Assembly (NCBI GenBank): GCA_001949185.1
Contig: BDGG01000001.1
Span: forward strand, 6,051,591-6,115,590
From: Ramazzottius varieornatus
Taxonomy: Eukaryota > Animalia > Tardigrada
Direction: 5' to 3'
Length of the DNA: 64,000 nucleotides
Shown in pieces: positions 25,510 through 38,011 of the stretch. Position 1 is the stretch's first letter. The number at the start of each line of letters is the position of its first letter. The position numbers and the translations under genes are program-made. The notes below the pieces were generated by a model. It saw nothing but the letters and a program-made list of their open reading frames with translations. It did no database searches and had not been told where the DNA came from.

Positions 25510-25959
25510 CATCGATAACATGGAGAGACTAACGAGATAATCATTTGTGAAATTTAGCCTTGCTGCACGGAATCGACATGCTCTACATGCGTCAGAAATG
25601 CATCAGAGGCTTTGTAGAGCATCCATATATCACTTATGTTATCTTAGGAGTTGACCAGAACGGAGGTGTGACGTCTTGGCGTAAGTCTGCGTAAAAGACT
25701 ACACAAGCGCCTCTTCAGGCCTACGTTTTATTTCTTGTCCAGGCTCTTTAACATTGGATTTTGTCCTGTCTCCTGGAGACCTTCCTTTCTCACCTTTGCA
25801 CCGTCAAATGACTCGAAAGACGGCTTGGCTGTGATCAGAAAGACTTTCTCTATTGACTGACTTACCGTACGACGCAATCTGACCAGCAGCTACGTCAAAA
25901 CAACCTGGAAATTTTCATGTCTGAAATTCTCACTGGAAAATTCCATTTCCTTTACGTCG
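25193..25959. mobile_element. TA-flanked segment bounded by ~54-bp inverted repeats (mariner-like TIRs)
   Basis: TA|CGAGGTAAAGGACATGGAGTTTTCCAGTG... and ...CACTGGAAAATTCCATTTCCTTTACGTCG|TA. Confidence 0.7.
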
Positions 25960-28490
25960 TATTGACACCGCATTCACCGCACAAAAGTCTAAGGCCACCG
26001 CCTTTGATAAACAGCAGTGTAATGGTGTGAAACCGCTTTACAGAATAACTTCCTAATACTAATCAACTATCACCATCTCGAGAAATATTTTAAAAGTTTT
26101 AAAACTGGTAACTAACTTAACTTGGTACCGAGCTTGACGATGTAGCATAAGTTAGAGGCCAGTATTTTCCCCGGTAAAACCCACGCGATTCAGTTGCGCA
26201 CTGCTGTGTCCAAGCAGAGCGACTCTGTGGCTGATCATGTAGTTTGTTTTGTTTCGTGGCTGATCTTTGAGGCAGTTCGGTCGTACGCGCTGACAAAGCG
26301 CATGTCAAACAGAGAACGGATGGAGGCGGGGCATCAGTCATACAGCTGGAAAGTTTCCTCGCTTGAATCAATTGAGCCTGGCTTGATTCAACACTTCTGT
26401 TTCGGGCAAGCGGCCATTTTGAGTTTTGCTCCATGGAATGTTTTGCTTTTCCTACGAAACCGATCGCTGTCTCGATTAACTTCCATAAGCTGTGTGTTGT
26501 GTGTGAGAACTGTTCTTGGCGAGGTGACGAGACTTTGCTCTGGAGCTGAGAATGCCCTGTCTGACAGATGGGTATGATAAGAACCGGAGGAGGAATGGAG
26601 TCTAACTACCGTTGTAGTAATCTCGTTTGTTCCCGTCGCCTCGCGTGTCTTCGCCCGAGCTCGGTTCATCCACCTCAGGGTAAAGATCTTGCTTTCTTAA
26701 GGCTAGAGGCTTAGGACTTGTTTGACTAGGAGCCGAAAAATTTGCAGACTATGCCGTTTGGAGTCGTATGCAGGCTTACTTATGCTGATTATGATAACCG
26801 TTGACTGATTACTTTTATTCCTACCGCATTTTTGCTATCAGAAGTACCACGGTTACTCCTGAAACGGACAAGGGTCTCATGAACCATTACCAACCACGAT
26901 GGAGAGCCAATCTGACGAGCGAGCTCGTGGTTCCATCAAGTAAGCAGTCTGACGCATAGCGTCAATCAGCTTTGTTGTTCGAGCTCGACATGATGCGTCA
27001 GGATACAAGATCTCCAGTTTTTCATATGCATGGCTCCCCCTAATCTTCGTCTATCTTTTCGTGGAGTTTCAGACTCGTCATGCTGTAGTGTTTTGACGAG
27101 GCATAGCGCGGTCGCATTTCGGTGAAATTAAATTTTTTAATAGAAATGATGTTTTCGTCTCTGCTCCAGATAGGAAAAACAGACAAATCTGTGCTCGAAT
27201 TAAGCCTGTTTTTTTGCTCGAAAGGATAGCCAATTCAGCGTTCTTCTGCTATAGAATAAACACTAATCCTTGTTCCAAAACTGCATGTTTTCGGACACGG
27301 AAAAATCTGCTCTTGACGGAATGAAAAAGTGTTATCTGTGTGTCTTTCCTTCGAATTTTTAGCCCATCTGATGTTTAAAAACATGATTTTTTAGATCCGG
27401 GATCCTGTGGACAGAAGATACAGATAGAGCCGATATTTCCCACGGTAGCCACGAAACCAGACTTACCATAACTGCCCATATAGCTCAGTTTTGTATCGAC
27501 CACTGTTACTACTGACACCGCAAGCTCTCTTCTCGTATATTCCATGAAGTCAGCTAACGTTTCGTGTTTCTTTTAGTCGATAAAAGATTGACACCATTTC
27601 GAGAAACTTTGTTTTTGTCGTCCGTCCTATATTTTTCCACGATTCTACTGAATTTGTTGTATCATTCGATCAACGCGCGGTACAATGACACAGCATAGTT
27701 TTTCAGCTAGCTAAACTACAGTCGAACAACTTCCAACGGGTAGTTTGAATTCCAAGGCGTTAACGAGTGAGATACGAATTTTTTGCGAAGTAAGAAGGAG
27801 CGAAAAGTTCGCTCCGAAGCAGCTTTCTGCATGTACCTTCCCCAGTATCCGGCCGAGCTCAGACTTCCCTGAAAAAATTTTTACGGTGCAAGTTATTTTC
27901 GAAAGGTAGCAAAAGGAGTGCTTAATCAAAGAGAAATAGTAGTGAGGATGAACACACACTCATTTGAGAGAGCCGTGAAGATTACAAGGTGGTAGTCACT
28001 TGGCGTGATCACCCTGTACATCATGTAAATCCGAAGAGAACAATGGCAACTAACTAGGTTTGGGACGCACTTTGCGCTACTGAATTCTAGAAAGTGAAGC
28101 TGTGAACAAGATCAGTACGTGATCTAGTACAAACAACTGTAAAGTCTATGAGTACAGGCTAGTAGGAATCAACAGGAGAATCCATTCACCTGTCGAAAGC
28201 CGGATCCAGCTAGGCCGAAGTCCGACGCCTGTTGCCTTCCTCACCAGTCAGCACGCTGTCGATGCATGGCTAATGGCAATGAGGACTTTTCCATGTAAGC
28301 ATACGCCTCTGGTTGGGCGCAGCCGCATGACGTAGCGATGTAGAACAGGGCCTAGGTCGTTTCTGCAGCTTGAAGTGGGAATCCAGTCGCCGTCATAGGC
28401 CAGCATACTACCCGACGAGCCATTCATTATTCCTTACGACAGGCCGTGAAACTCCGTTGATTGTATTGATCTTGAAAGTGGATTACGAAG

Positions 28491-28540
28491 TTTCGCTTTC
28501 AAGATAAGCAGCCCTCGAGTAGCTTATCTTGAAAGCGAAA
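28491..28540. repeat. Perfect hairpin, 19-bp stem and 12-nt loop
   Basis: TTTCGCTTTCAAGATAAGC / GCTTATCTTGAAAGCGAAA. Confidence 0.9.
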
Positions 28541-28963
28541 ACGGATTATTCTCTGCACACTTGACTCAAAATTTCATTTCTCAGCTAATCTCTGTCTGCA
28601 CAGTGCTTCACGTTGCGAAATACCGTCTCGCATATGGCTTCCTGATACCTATTAGCGTCGGGAATATTGGAAGACAGAGATTAGCCAGAGAGAAAACCAT
28701 GAATTTCAGCGTGGTTAAGAGGCAAAGTGTGCCTATAAACATACCTCGCAAAACTCGCGCATTTTCGCTCCTGTTTCCGAGACTTTCGAAAAACGCAATT
28801 TTCCTCACTCACGACTAATTTCCGTTGATCAAGCAATATCGAATTTTAAATCAACCGTTCGCGACATAAACAGCTCGTCGCGAAGAGGACTATCCATTGC
28901 AATGTTAACGCTACAGGATACACGCTGGAAGGTGGCTGACTCAGGCTTAGACAGTAGAAAATC

Positions 28964-29050
28964 CGTCCAAACTGGGATTCGAACCCAGGTCACATGCTTC
29001 CTAGGCAGACTCGGCAAGTGAAGGTAGACAGTGTTACCACAGTTAAGGAC
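28964..29050 (-). pseudogene. tRNA-like sequence (pseudo-tRNA or tRNA-derived SINE head)
   Basis: Minus strand: CTGGG-TTCGAAT-CCCAG T-arm with perfect B box, an anticodon-like loop CT-AGG-AA, and possible acceptor pairing GTCC/GGAC. The D-arm region is irregular and too long. Confidence 0.55.
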
Positions 29051-29883
29051 CCATCCAGATACCCATCTTCTGTTTCTCGATCTTCTTGCCGTGTGACTAT
29101 CTCTTTTTTGACGATGATCTCCACATCCGTGTCCACCATGACCCCTACAATATTCACGGTCTCGCCCCGGATGAATCAGAGTTCTCTTCTTGACGGATCT
29201 GCGCATCATGGTTCTTCGCCATCCCACCTTCTTTTATATCTTTCGAATCGTTAGCGTTGCCATCCTCAGTTTTCTCCACCCACCGTTTTGTACATGTTGC
29301 GAGGGATCACCAAGCGGTTCGCCGGCTCGTCTGAAAATTCGCGCACACGGCATATTCCTCTTCGCTACTTCAACCGAAAATTTTGTTCCACTAACCGTTT
29401 CACGCCATGGATCGGTAACATAAAAATTACATACTATAGTAGTTCAGCGGAAGTTGGTCAACTCTATCTCAACATCGCCTTGGTGCTGCCATCTCTCGAC
29501 AGATATATACTGCGCAGTCTCAACGGTAGCTCGTTGTTGAGGGATTAACTAACGCGGATATGAGGGATTCATGACCTGTGTTGATCAAATGAAATCAATT
29601 TCCAACAGGAAACGAGGAACCGTAGGCTTGCGCGCGTACTCTGAGTTGAAGATATACCGGATCCTGCCTCTGTAGCTCGAAGCCCAGACATGACTCGCTC
29701 TGTATTACTAAATCTATGAATATGCAACAGCGCACGGTTTCGAGTGCGCTGTTGGCACTCGGTCCCTCATCAGCGCGCGACATGCAATAGTTACATAGTC
29801 CAACTACATGTGTTTCACTACACACAAGCGGACAGTTAACACAGGATCTTCAGCAAACTTTGAATTGCTCGAATCAATCAAAG

Positions 29884-31002
29884 ATGCTTCGACACTTTCT
29901 TTCACGCAAGATCTTTCACCATATCCTCGCTCTCCTGTTGATCGCCATCCAAGCCGCAGTCCTCAACTACTTTCTCATCTCCCTAAACGCCGACGCTGAC
30001 TACGGCCGGTATTTATATTTCTGGATTGCCGCAGACATCGTCGTCGTTGTCTCATTTATCGCTTCCTTTTATTACGGCTTGCGGTACGGAAAAGCCCACG
30101 AAGATGATCTCAAATACTCGCCGACCAATCCCGAACAAGCGAAAGATCCCCACCACTTGCCTCTTAGACACCTCGGAGTTCTTCCCTACGGATGGCTAAG
30201 TTGGTTAGTGTACAGTGTGGTCTTAGTGGCCAAGATCGTCACATGCTTCAAGACGTTTGGTTCGCGGTTGACGTCGGAACATAAAATCCACGTTAATTTC
30301 CTGGAGTTCACGCTTGGTGGAACAGCGGCGGTGTTTATCGCTTTCTTGAACGGCACTTGTGAATTGAGTAATTATACACAGAAGCATTATTTACGTTGGA
30401 TGCAACACTACGTTTTGCTTGAACTGATCGATTGTGTCGAGTTCCTGACGCTGTTATTTTCGTCTGTCGAGTTCGGTCCTGAAGAGGGCGTCTTACCACC
30501 TGCATTGCGCGAAGTGATACTGGTGTTCGCTTGTATCAACATCATCTCGCCGACGTTGGCGTTATACCGTGTCAGTGCGCGACATAATCGTCATCCGGAA
30601 CGGCGGAATCGTTTCTTCCTGACGCAAACCTTGATCGGTACGCTGTTCGGTAACATCCCGTACTTCATCGTACGCGTGTACCTATGGCATGCACACAACT
30701 TCCTGACGGGATTGTTCACTATGAAGAACTTAATTGGTATCATCCAGGATTCACAGGAACTGTTTGAGTATATGCGTGAGCTGAAAGAGAATGGAGGGAC
30801 CGACGACACACAGCTGGACACAGACGACGGCTCGGCGCTGAAGAAGATGCTACGCAAGGAAACCAAGAGGGCGCTTCCAGTCTTTGCGGATGCCGAGAAG
30901 GAAGACAGTCGCGGGTCTTCGCAATTGAAAGCTAATCTCTTGGAGGGGCCGGGACTTGATGCCAGAGCTCAAGAGCTTCGGTACATCGATATCGATCCAT
31001 GA
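29884..31002 (+). CDS. TMEM121: TMEM121/CECR6-family multi-pass membrane protein, single coding exon
   Basis: 372-aa uninterrupted ORF from ATG 29884, about 7 hydrophobic segments; YFWIAAD, LPYGWLSWLVYS..AKI, ELIDCVEFL, NIPYFIVRVYLW, FTMKNL. Confidence 0.75.
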   Translation: MLRHFLSRKIFHHILALLLIAIQAAVLNYFLISLNADADYGRYLYFWIAADIVVVVSFIASFYYGLRYGKAHEDDLKYSPTNPEQAKDPHHLPLRHLGVLPYGWLSWLVYSVVLVAKIVTCFKTFGSRLTSEHKIHVNFLEFTLGGTAAVFIAFLNGTCELSNYTQKHYLRWMQHYVLLELIDCVEFLTLLFSSVEFGPEEGVLPPALREVILVFACINIISPTLALYRVSARHNRHPERRNRFFLTQTLIGTLFGNIPYFIVRVYLWHAHNFLTGLFTMKNLIGIIQDSQELFEYMRELKENGGTDDTQLDTDDGSALKKMLRKETKRALPVFADAEKEDSRGSSQLKANLLEGPGLDARAQELRYIDIDP

Positions 31003-31836
31003 AAGACCTGATAAACGCAATGAACCGCAAAGTCCTGATTTATAGTGTGGGAGAATCCGAAGGAAGGTGCCGCACATAACACAAGCTTGGGATCCCGGAG
31101 ATCGACGCATCAATCAACCACTCAAATGGACTGATTTTGATACCGAATTTCTGGGTTTTCAGAATTATATTTTTCAGAATTTGTTCTTGCCGAATGACAA
31201 ATTTGTTTTCATCTGCCAAAAAGATCACGCCCACTAATCTGGGTTTTGCTTTCGCTTCGAAACAGACAACGTCCATTCCCTTTTTCAGCACCCGTGCACT
31301 CCTCTTTGTCCCAATTTTGAAGAAATATTTCTCGGTCAATCATGTAATACACTGCCTTTGTTCTGTACTCTCCCTGGAAATTTGAGACTTTGTAATGAGG
31401 CGAAAGACTCTCCCGCGTGGTTAGAGACCATTCTCGTTGCTTTTGTTGCAGTGCAACGACTTGTTTCAATACTCCATGTACGACGTACAACTGACGCGAA
31501 GTACCTCCCCCTTAGCTATTTTTATAGCCTCATCTGATACACAGAAATACAGAGTGTGAGTATACAAAGAGTGGAAATTCTGCTTGCTTTTATTCTCCGT
31601 TGCCGTCGATAGAGCGTGAAAGACTGTGAAGCTGTATCAGCACATTTCTTGCCGATCTACACTGTGTCAGTATTGCTGATCTAGTAATTTTCTCCTGCTG
31701 CACTTTCAAGTTGTTGACAGATATAGTTCGTTCAACACGTTCTCCATCAGCTGTCTTTAGCTGGCTGTTCTCGTCAGGATTTACCGGTACAATCGTACCT
31801 CTTTCAACTTATAATTACCACTCTTCAAAGCCAATC

Positions 31837-34359
31837 ATGACTATCGTTACCAAGCCTCTGACGGACGAAAAGAAGGATCTCAAACCTCTTGTTGTGGTCG
31901 ACGCGGAATCTGGCTTCTTACCCGTAAGTACGATCATGTATGAATGGAATTACGTGAAAAACTTCCTCGGTGTAGAGCTACCTCCCGAAAATACTATTCC
32001 AAGACTATAGCGAAATCTTATTATACCGTATACGAAACTGCAATGAAGCGTTACCGATACCGCGTTTTGGTTTGGCCATTCAGAACGGGATGGCGCTTTT
32101 TAGCGTTACTTGCATTCAGATGCTTGACCGATGAGCTTTTCTTGTACCCAGACAAATGTACGATCTGGTTTGTTCCGCGAATGTTCCGGTTTACGGGGTT
32201 GACATTGTGACTGTCGACAAAGCAATGCAGAATCGCCTATTGCATATTTTCAGCTTACATCGACGTCATTTGATGAATGTTGATCCGACAAGGGCAGATA
32301 GAAGGCACAGCTCAGCATTCTCAAAAAGACCGATTAAAATCGTTAAATGTCTGAAATGTAGGTTTGAAGTCCATCCATGTCGAGCACTTTGTTTGCACTG
32401 CAATGTGTCTTTCTGGCACCATATCTACAGCTGCAGATGGAAGTGGTGCTTTTTTGCCGCGCTACATTAACCAAGCCTAAAATTTACACCAGAAAACCAA
32501 AAGTCAACAGTCCAAAGACCACTCGAAAACCTTGGCCTGTTTACCAACTCCCTAAATTTTCTTCCGATCTTCTCTTTTTTCATTTCACCGCGGCGATAAC
32601 GCCTATGTACGAAATTGAAGTGGATTAATGTTACCTGGTAGCGAGCCGATTATGCTTATCTCATTCAAAGTGATGCCGCGGTCATAAAACCCATTTAACA
32701 TTTTACAGATTAAGAAGGATGGTGTGTACGTCGACGGACAAGATGGAATGTCCACTGTCAGCGTTTCGGACGTGTCCGTCTACCAACATCCCTACAAGAA
32801 ACATCGCCGCACATTCCTCCTCTGCCTGTCCCTCCTGTTGGTTCTCGCTCTAGCATGCGCCGTCACCGGGGGAATCTACCTGTACTACCGATATTCCCGA
32901 CCCCAGGTACGACTACTCGTATAGGGACTTTCTCGTTGGACCCCGCTCAAGTGGCGCATTTGTACTTCACTCGACCGGTGTATGTGCGTCGCTCGTTTTA
33001 ACACAAATAAACCTCGCTGAAGCGGCGCGCTTTCGTGTTGCTCAAACGTGCACATGTGCGCCATCGCAAATGAGAGGTTTTTCTGTTGATCCTCCGTGAT
33101 GTCAATGTGTCTTGTGATGTCAATGTGATGTACGTGAAATTATGAGAACAATTGGAATAGAGTGCGGACGGTGTCAAAAACGAAATGCTGGAATGTTATA
33201 CCGATGGTCCTATCGGCATGCAAATTGACTAATCGATCGATGTTGTCTTTCTCCCAGGGTTATCGAGGAAGTTGCACGATCCGCTTCAACCAGCAGCAGA
33301 GACCCATCGGGTATGCCTCTCCCTTTGAGCAGCCCCCACTCGACGGCGCAACATTCCAGCAGCACATGGATAAGCAGCAGACTCCACAAGCCGACAGCGA
33401 CCTGGCCTTGGGTGAAGACCGTTCCCGCAACCGTGACAAGCCTAAGATGCGCTTCCCCGAGGCTGATCCCACTGACTCGTTTGATCCCATCACTGATCAG
33501 CTGATGGACATGCAGCGTTTGATCAACAGCTTCCAACAGCAGTTCGAGCTCGATCTCAAGAAGCAGCTGTGGGAGATCTTGCAAGTGCCGAGGGTTCCTC
33601 AACTTGGCCTCGGTCGACCGGCGCGCTTCATCCACGACTTCAGCTTGGTAATAAGCACTTAAGCGGGTTCGATTGAAACCTTGAAGGGTACTCCAAATGT
33701 AATGAGGAATACAAACAAGAACGGACAACTGATCTGCCGTCCTTTTAGAATTTGACGGCCATCTTGGACATGCAAAGCCGTGAATGCTACGTTATGCCAT
33801 TGAACAGAAGCATCATCAAGCCACCCCAAGACCTCTTCGAGTTCCTCCGCGGTTTGGAGGTTAGTGTTACAGTCCTACTCGACATACACTTCTTTGATGC
33901 TGTAGCCGAGGCTCGAAATAGTTGTCGTGCATTTGTCCAGTTGACTATTCCAGAAATTTGATTTTGTATGGTATCATACGATCAATCTGAATGATGTATA
34001 TTTTTCAATTGAGCTAGTCCTGTCTTGGCAGTTTTCTACTTATGTATGATACTCACACGTACATTCTGACGGTTATTTGTTCGGTATAGGATGGAACATA
34101 CACGATCGACGGGAACTCGGTTCGCCAGACTTACTATACGTCACCACTCCCCGTGATGGATTACAGCACCGTTGGTCCGTTCATCACGCGAGAATGCGGC
34201 AGATATCCCACTTGGATGCTGGTCGAGCGCGACGTCGATGCCGGCATGGACAGCGCTCAACGCCGACGACGTGCTGTCAACAAGGAGAACGTGGCCACTT
34301 TCGGCGAGTTTGTCGGAAGTTTACACACGGTCAACATCATCAAGAGCGCGCAACATTAG
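31837..34359 (+). CDS. ITM2B: Integral membrane protein 2 (ITM2/BRI2 family, BRICHOS domain)
   Basis: Exons 31837-31923, 32709-32906, 33258-33647, 33749-33859, 34090-34359. Type II TM ending GGIYLYYRY; BRICHOS motifs PARFIHDFSLNLTAILD...CYVMPLNRSIIKPP and GPFITREC; furin site RRRR. Single invertebrate ITM2-like gene. Confidence 0.9.
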
Positions 34360-34659
34360 ACATAAGAGTCTATCTTTCTCAGCCATTCACACGTTGCAAA
34401 GACTGCAGTAGTGCTACAACGCTGAAGAAAAGTGATTGTATTAGCAATTGTACTTACATGGAGACATTAACATACCAAACTTTTTACTATTCCTGTTGCT
34501 TCTGACTTCTCGACTTGAAGCAGTCATTCCTTTCTTTCAAATGAAATTCCTGTTTTTATCCTGGGTATTGTTTCCTGTCTGTGCGTTTGGTTTTCCATCC
34601 ATTAGTAACAAATACGATGAGTAATATTCGAGACCTTGGCAAATAGACTAAACGTCCGA

Positions 34660-34735
34660 GCGTGATCGTTTATCTCAAGTGGCGCACGTTCTCATTGTTA
34701 TTTGGTGAGAGTATGCGCCACGTGGGGAAAAACGA
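34660..34735. mobile_element. Palindromic mini-element TGGCGCA-N27-TGCGCCA (reference copy)
   Basis: ATCGTTTATCTCAAGTGGCGCA...TGCGCCACGTGGGGAAAAACGA; related copies near 32948, 33020, 42068, 51170, 51251, 58969 and 59056. Confidence 0.65.
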
Positions 34736-35025
34736 CCTTGTTCGATTCATTTGAAACAAGACACGTCCCATTTTATTGCTAAAGATCTTTTTCGGTTGTT
34801 TCACGATGATCGAGACTCCAACTCAGTGAAGGGGAAGAAATCTAGAAAGCCACAAACGTATCTGGAAAGCTATGTCAAAATACCCACGTCAAAAACACCA
34901 CCCGGACAAAACCAATCACCACATTCGGGGCTCAGTAAGAATAAATAAATGCGCTCAAAGTTCACAAAAATCCATCGAAACCGTAAACTCTGTTCGTAGT
35001 AAATTATATCCATAAAAATGTTCCA

Positions 35026-37270
35026 TTAAATAGGTAGTTCAAACTTGACATCCAAACCACCTTCTTTCGCGAGTCTGACAATCTGCGCCAGCTTTACAGC
35101 CTGTAAAATAAAACAAAACATAACATCGAGTTAGATCAAACGAACGATTTCAGGTTCACAGAACACGAAGTTCCACAACGAAAAAACTCATTTCAATAGA
35201 CCATTTTTGCAGCTTCGTCAAGATCATCAGCAGCCAGAATCTTGAGACGGCTTCCGGCAATGAGGATCTTGGCGTCATCAACGTTCGTGCCTTGAAGGCG
35301 ACAAACGATAGGCACTTTGAGGTTGAGGTTCTCGGCGGCCAGAATAACGCCCTGTGCAATGACGTCACAGCGCATAATTCCTCCGAAAATGTTCACTAAC
35401 ACAGCTTGCACCTGAAACGGCAACAGCATTGGTAAATTGTCAATGGAAAAGAATCTTTCAGGCCGAAATCTTCCAGACATTACGTTGGGATCTGACGTGA
35501 TCAGCTTGAAGGACTCCATGACTTGCTCGGCGGTGGCGCCGCCACCAACGTCCAGGAAGTTGGCTGGTGAACCACCATGAAGCTTGATGATATCCATCCT
35601 GCAAACAACGTCCAGGTTTATTCTTTCCACACCTGGTAGCCGAAGTTTCTCAGCACCTCAGCGTAGTAAAAAAGTAGTCAAAGACTTACGTCGACATAGC
35701 CAAGCCGGCGCCGTTGACGAGACATCCGATGTTGCCATCAAGCTGGATATAATTAATCTAAAACACAGAAAAATGCTTAGAAAAAGGGCTGCTTCACCAG
35801 GAAGCACATTGAAATTCGTACGGAGTACAACTAAACTTCACTGTCAGCGTCGGAGTAAAACTACCGACACAATCCTCGAGTGTCACTTCTTACGTTTGAT
35901 TTAGCTGCTAATTCTTCCCGAGGGTCCTCTTGACTCCAGTCTCTCATAGCGAAGACTTCTTTTTGCCGGAAGTCAGAGTTGTCGTCAAAGTTGAACTTTG
36001 CGTCGACGCAGTAGACTGCAAAGAAAGCCCAACCTACACCAGATTGAAAACATGCAATGACAGATCTTTATACTTACGTTTTCCGCTAGAGTCTTCGGCT
36101 AAGGGGTTAATTTCGATCTGGAAGAAGGGAGAGACGTTCAGAAAAACTCTGTTGATTTTCAAACGACTTCGTGCACGAATAACGGAACAACTGACTGTGG
36201 TGGCGTCTTTACTGAGGAAAATATCATACAGTTTGACCATCATGTCCGCCGCTTGCTCCGACAGATCCTCAAAATGACAGGACTTGGCGAACTCCAGACA
36301 CTCTTCCCTCGTTACTCCTTTCTCGATGTTGATGGGCAAGGTCTTGATGGCATCGGGACTGTCTCGTGCCACATCTTCGATGTTCATTCCACCCTGCGAA
36401 CTTCCAATCATCGCCGGACCCTAAAACGGAAGCTTTTCATTATACTCCCAGCTCGGTGGTAAAGCCAGTTCACCTGAGTCGCTCTGTCCATCACGATGGC
36501 AAAATAAAACTCTCTCCTGGTGAAAAGTCTTTGGCTAATCATCACTTTGTTGCAAATCCGCCCTCTTTCACCGGTCTGCTTCGTTATCAGCTTGTATCCA
36601 ATCATCTTTTCCGCTACTTCCTTGGCTTCTTCGGGTCTGCAACCAATCAGCGGGTAAATATTACTGAGCGAATCCGCAGAACGAATATTCTGTTGCGTAC
36701 GAAAAGATCATTTTGACGCCAGCTTTCAGCCCCGAATCGAAGTATCCCTTTCCGCGCCCGCCTGCCAGAACTTGGGCTTTGATCATCAGGTCCTTGGATC
36801 CTGTAAGACACGGATATTCGTTAGTTACGGTGGAGGAGTCCAAAGAGACCGACGGGGATAAATGATGAGTTATGAGGATCATTGTGCGCACCTATTTTCT
36901 CAGCTGCTCGCATGGCCTCCTCCGGAGAGCTGGCCACTTCGAATTTCGGTACAGGAACGCCAGCATCCTGCAGAATTCCCATGGACAGATATTCATGGAC
37001 GGATAAATTTCGAACGTGCTGTGCGGCGAGCGAAAGCGCTGGCGATGTCTGCGAACAAATAAAAGCATTTTGCAGTTTTTGCTATTCGGACTGCCAGCAG
37101 TACTTAAGAGCCTGCATCATGTCAGGCCGTTCGGATAATAAGGACGCCCGACTGAACTAGACTTCCAAAAACCCCACAGAAACTCGTTGCCCACTTACTT
37201 TTCTCAGTAGCTCGCAGAGTTGTCCGGTTGGTCTTCCCAAACAGTTTCCGCATTTGGACAAGAGCGACAT
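35026..37270 (-). CDS. SUCLA2: Succinate-CoA ligase [ADP-forming] subunit beta, mitochondrial
   Basis: Multi-exon. ATG 37270 (exon 37199-37270, presequence-like), then [53 protein letters not shown]-terminus VKFELPI* (typical of the ADP-forming subunit). A 5'UTR intron lies upstream. Confidence 0.95.
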
Positions 37271-38011
37271 GACTGCAAGGCAGCGAAGCCGCCGAGAAGG
37301 GAGGCGCAGATGAGGATCGTGTATGGATGGTGGAATCAGATGCTCGCACGATTATGTAAAACGCTTACGGCGTGCATTCGCGGCGTCCTGTCAGTGTCGC
37401 TTGGTGCTGTAATAGTCGACTAATCAACAGGAATTTTCTGGAGGAGCAAACGTAGACGCTGAATCTGAGACGTCAGGGATAAAGGGAGAGGCGAAGCTTG
37501 GGAACAACAAAAATGACCGAAAAGTTTTTCTGATTTCTAACCGAGGCCAAATTTGAAAACTAATGGGCGGTTCTGCAGCTGCGTCAATCAAGAACCTTCG
37601 TCTGATTAATCAAATTCTGAATTTGATTGATGTGACACACTATCGTTACACATCGTTACGTAATTGCACTGACGTTTTGTGTCCAGGGAAAATCATATTA
37701 GTTGTCTTCTTTTTTCCTCAGATTTTATTGCTCCCGGAATATTTCGTGCGCTACTGTTTTCTCAAGACTGTTCTGTTGTAGATCATCGGATCGGACTCGC
37801 GGAAAGGAGGCCGGTGAGGTGTATTGGCCGTGACTGAAACGCGAAGCAGCAGAAGGCACAACGAAAAGATTTTCTGGATGCAGACAACCGTTTCGCCCTG
37901 ATGATCTGTCGCATGATCTCACACAGCCCTTCCCGATCCCTGAACGACTTGCCACCTTTCTGAGGCTAACTCGGTCCAGAGATCACAACAGAACCTTTAT
38001 CCGTCGCCGCG
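37271..38011. promoter_or_regulatory. Probable bidirectional promoter and 5'UTRs of SUCLA2 and OPA3
   Basis: Divergent start codons 742 bp apart. Confidence 0.5.

Noticed and set aside
26700-28470. Repeat-like DNA with GAGCTCG/GTCG motifs
   Set aside because: Probably TE-derived, but I could not define TIRs or boundaries.
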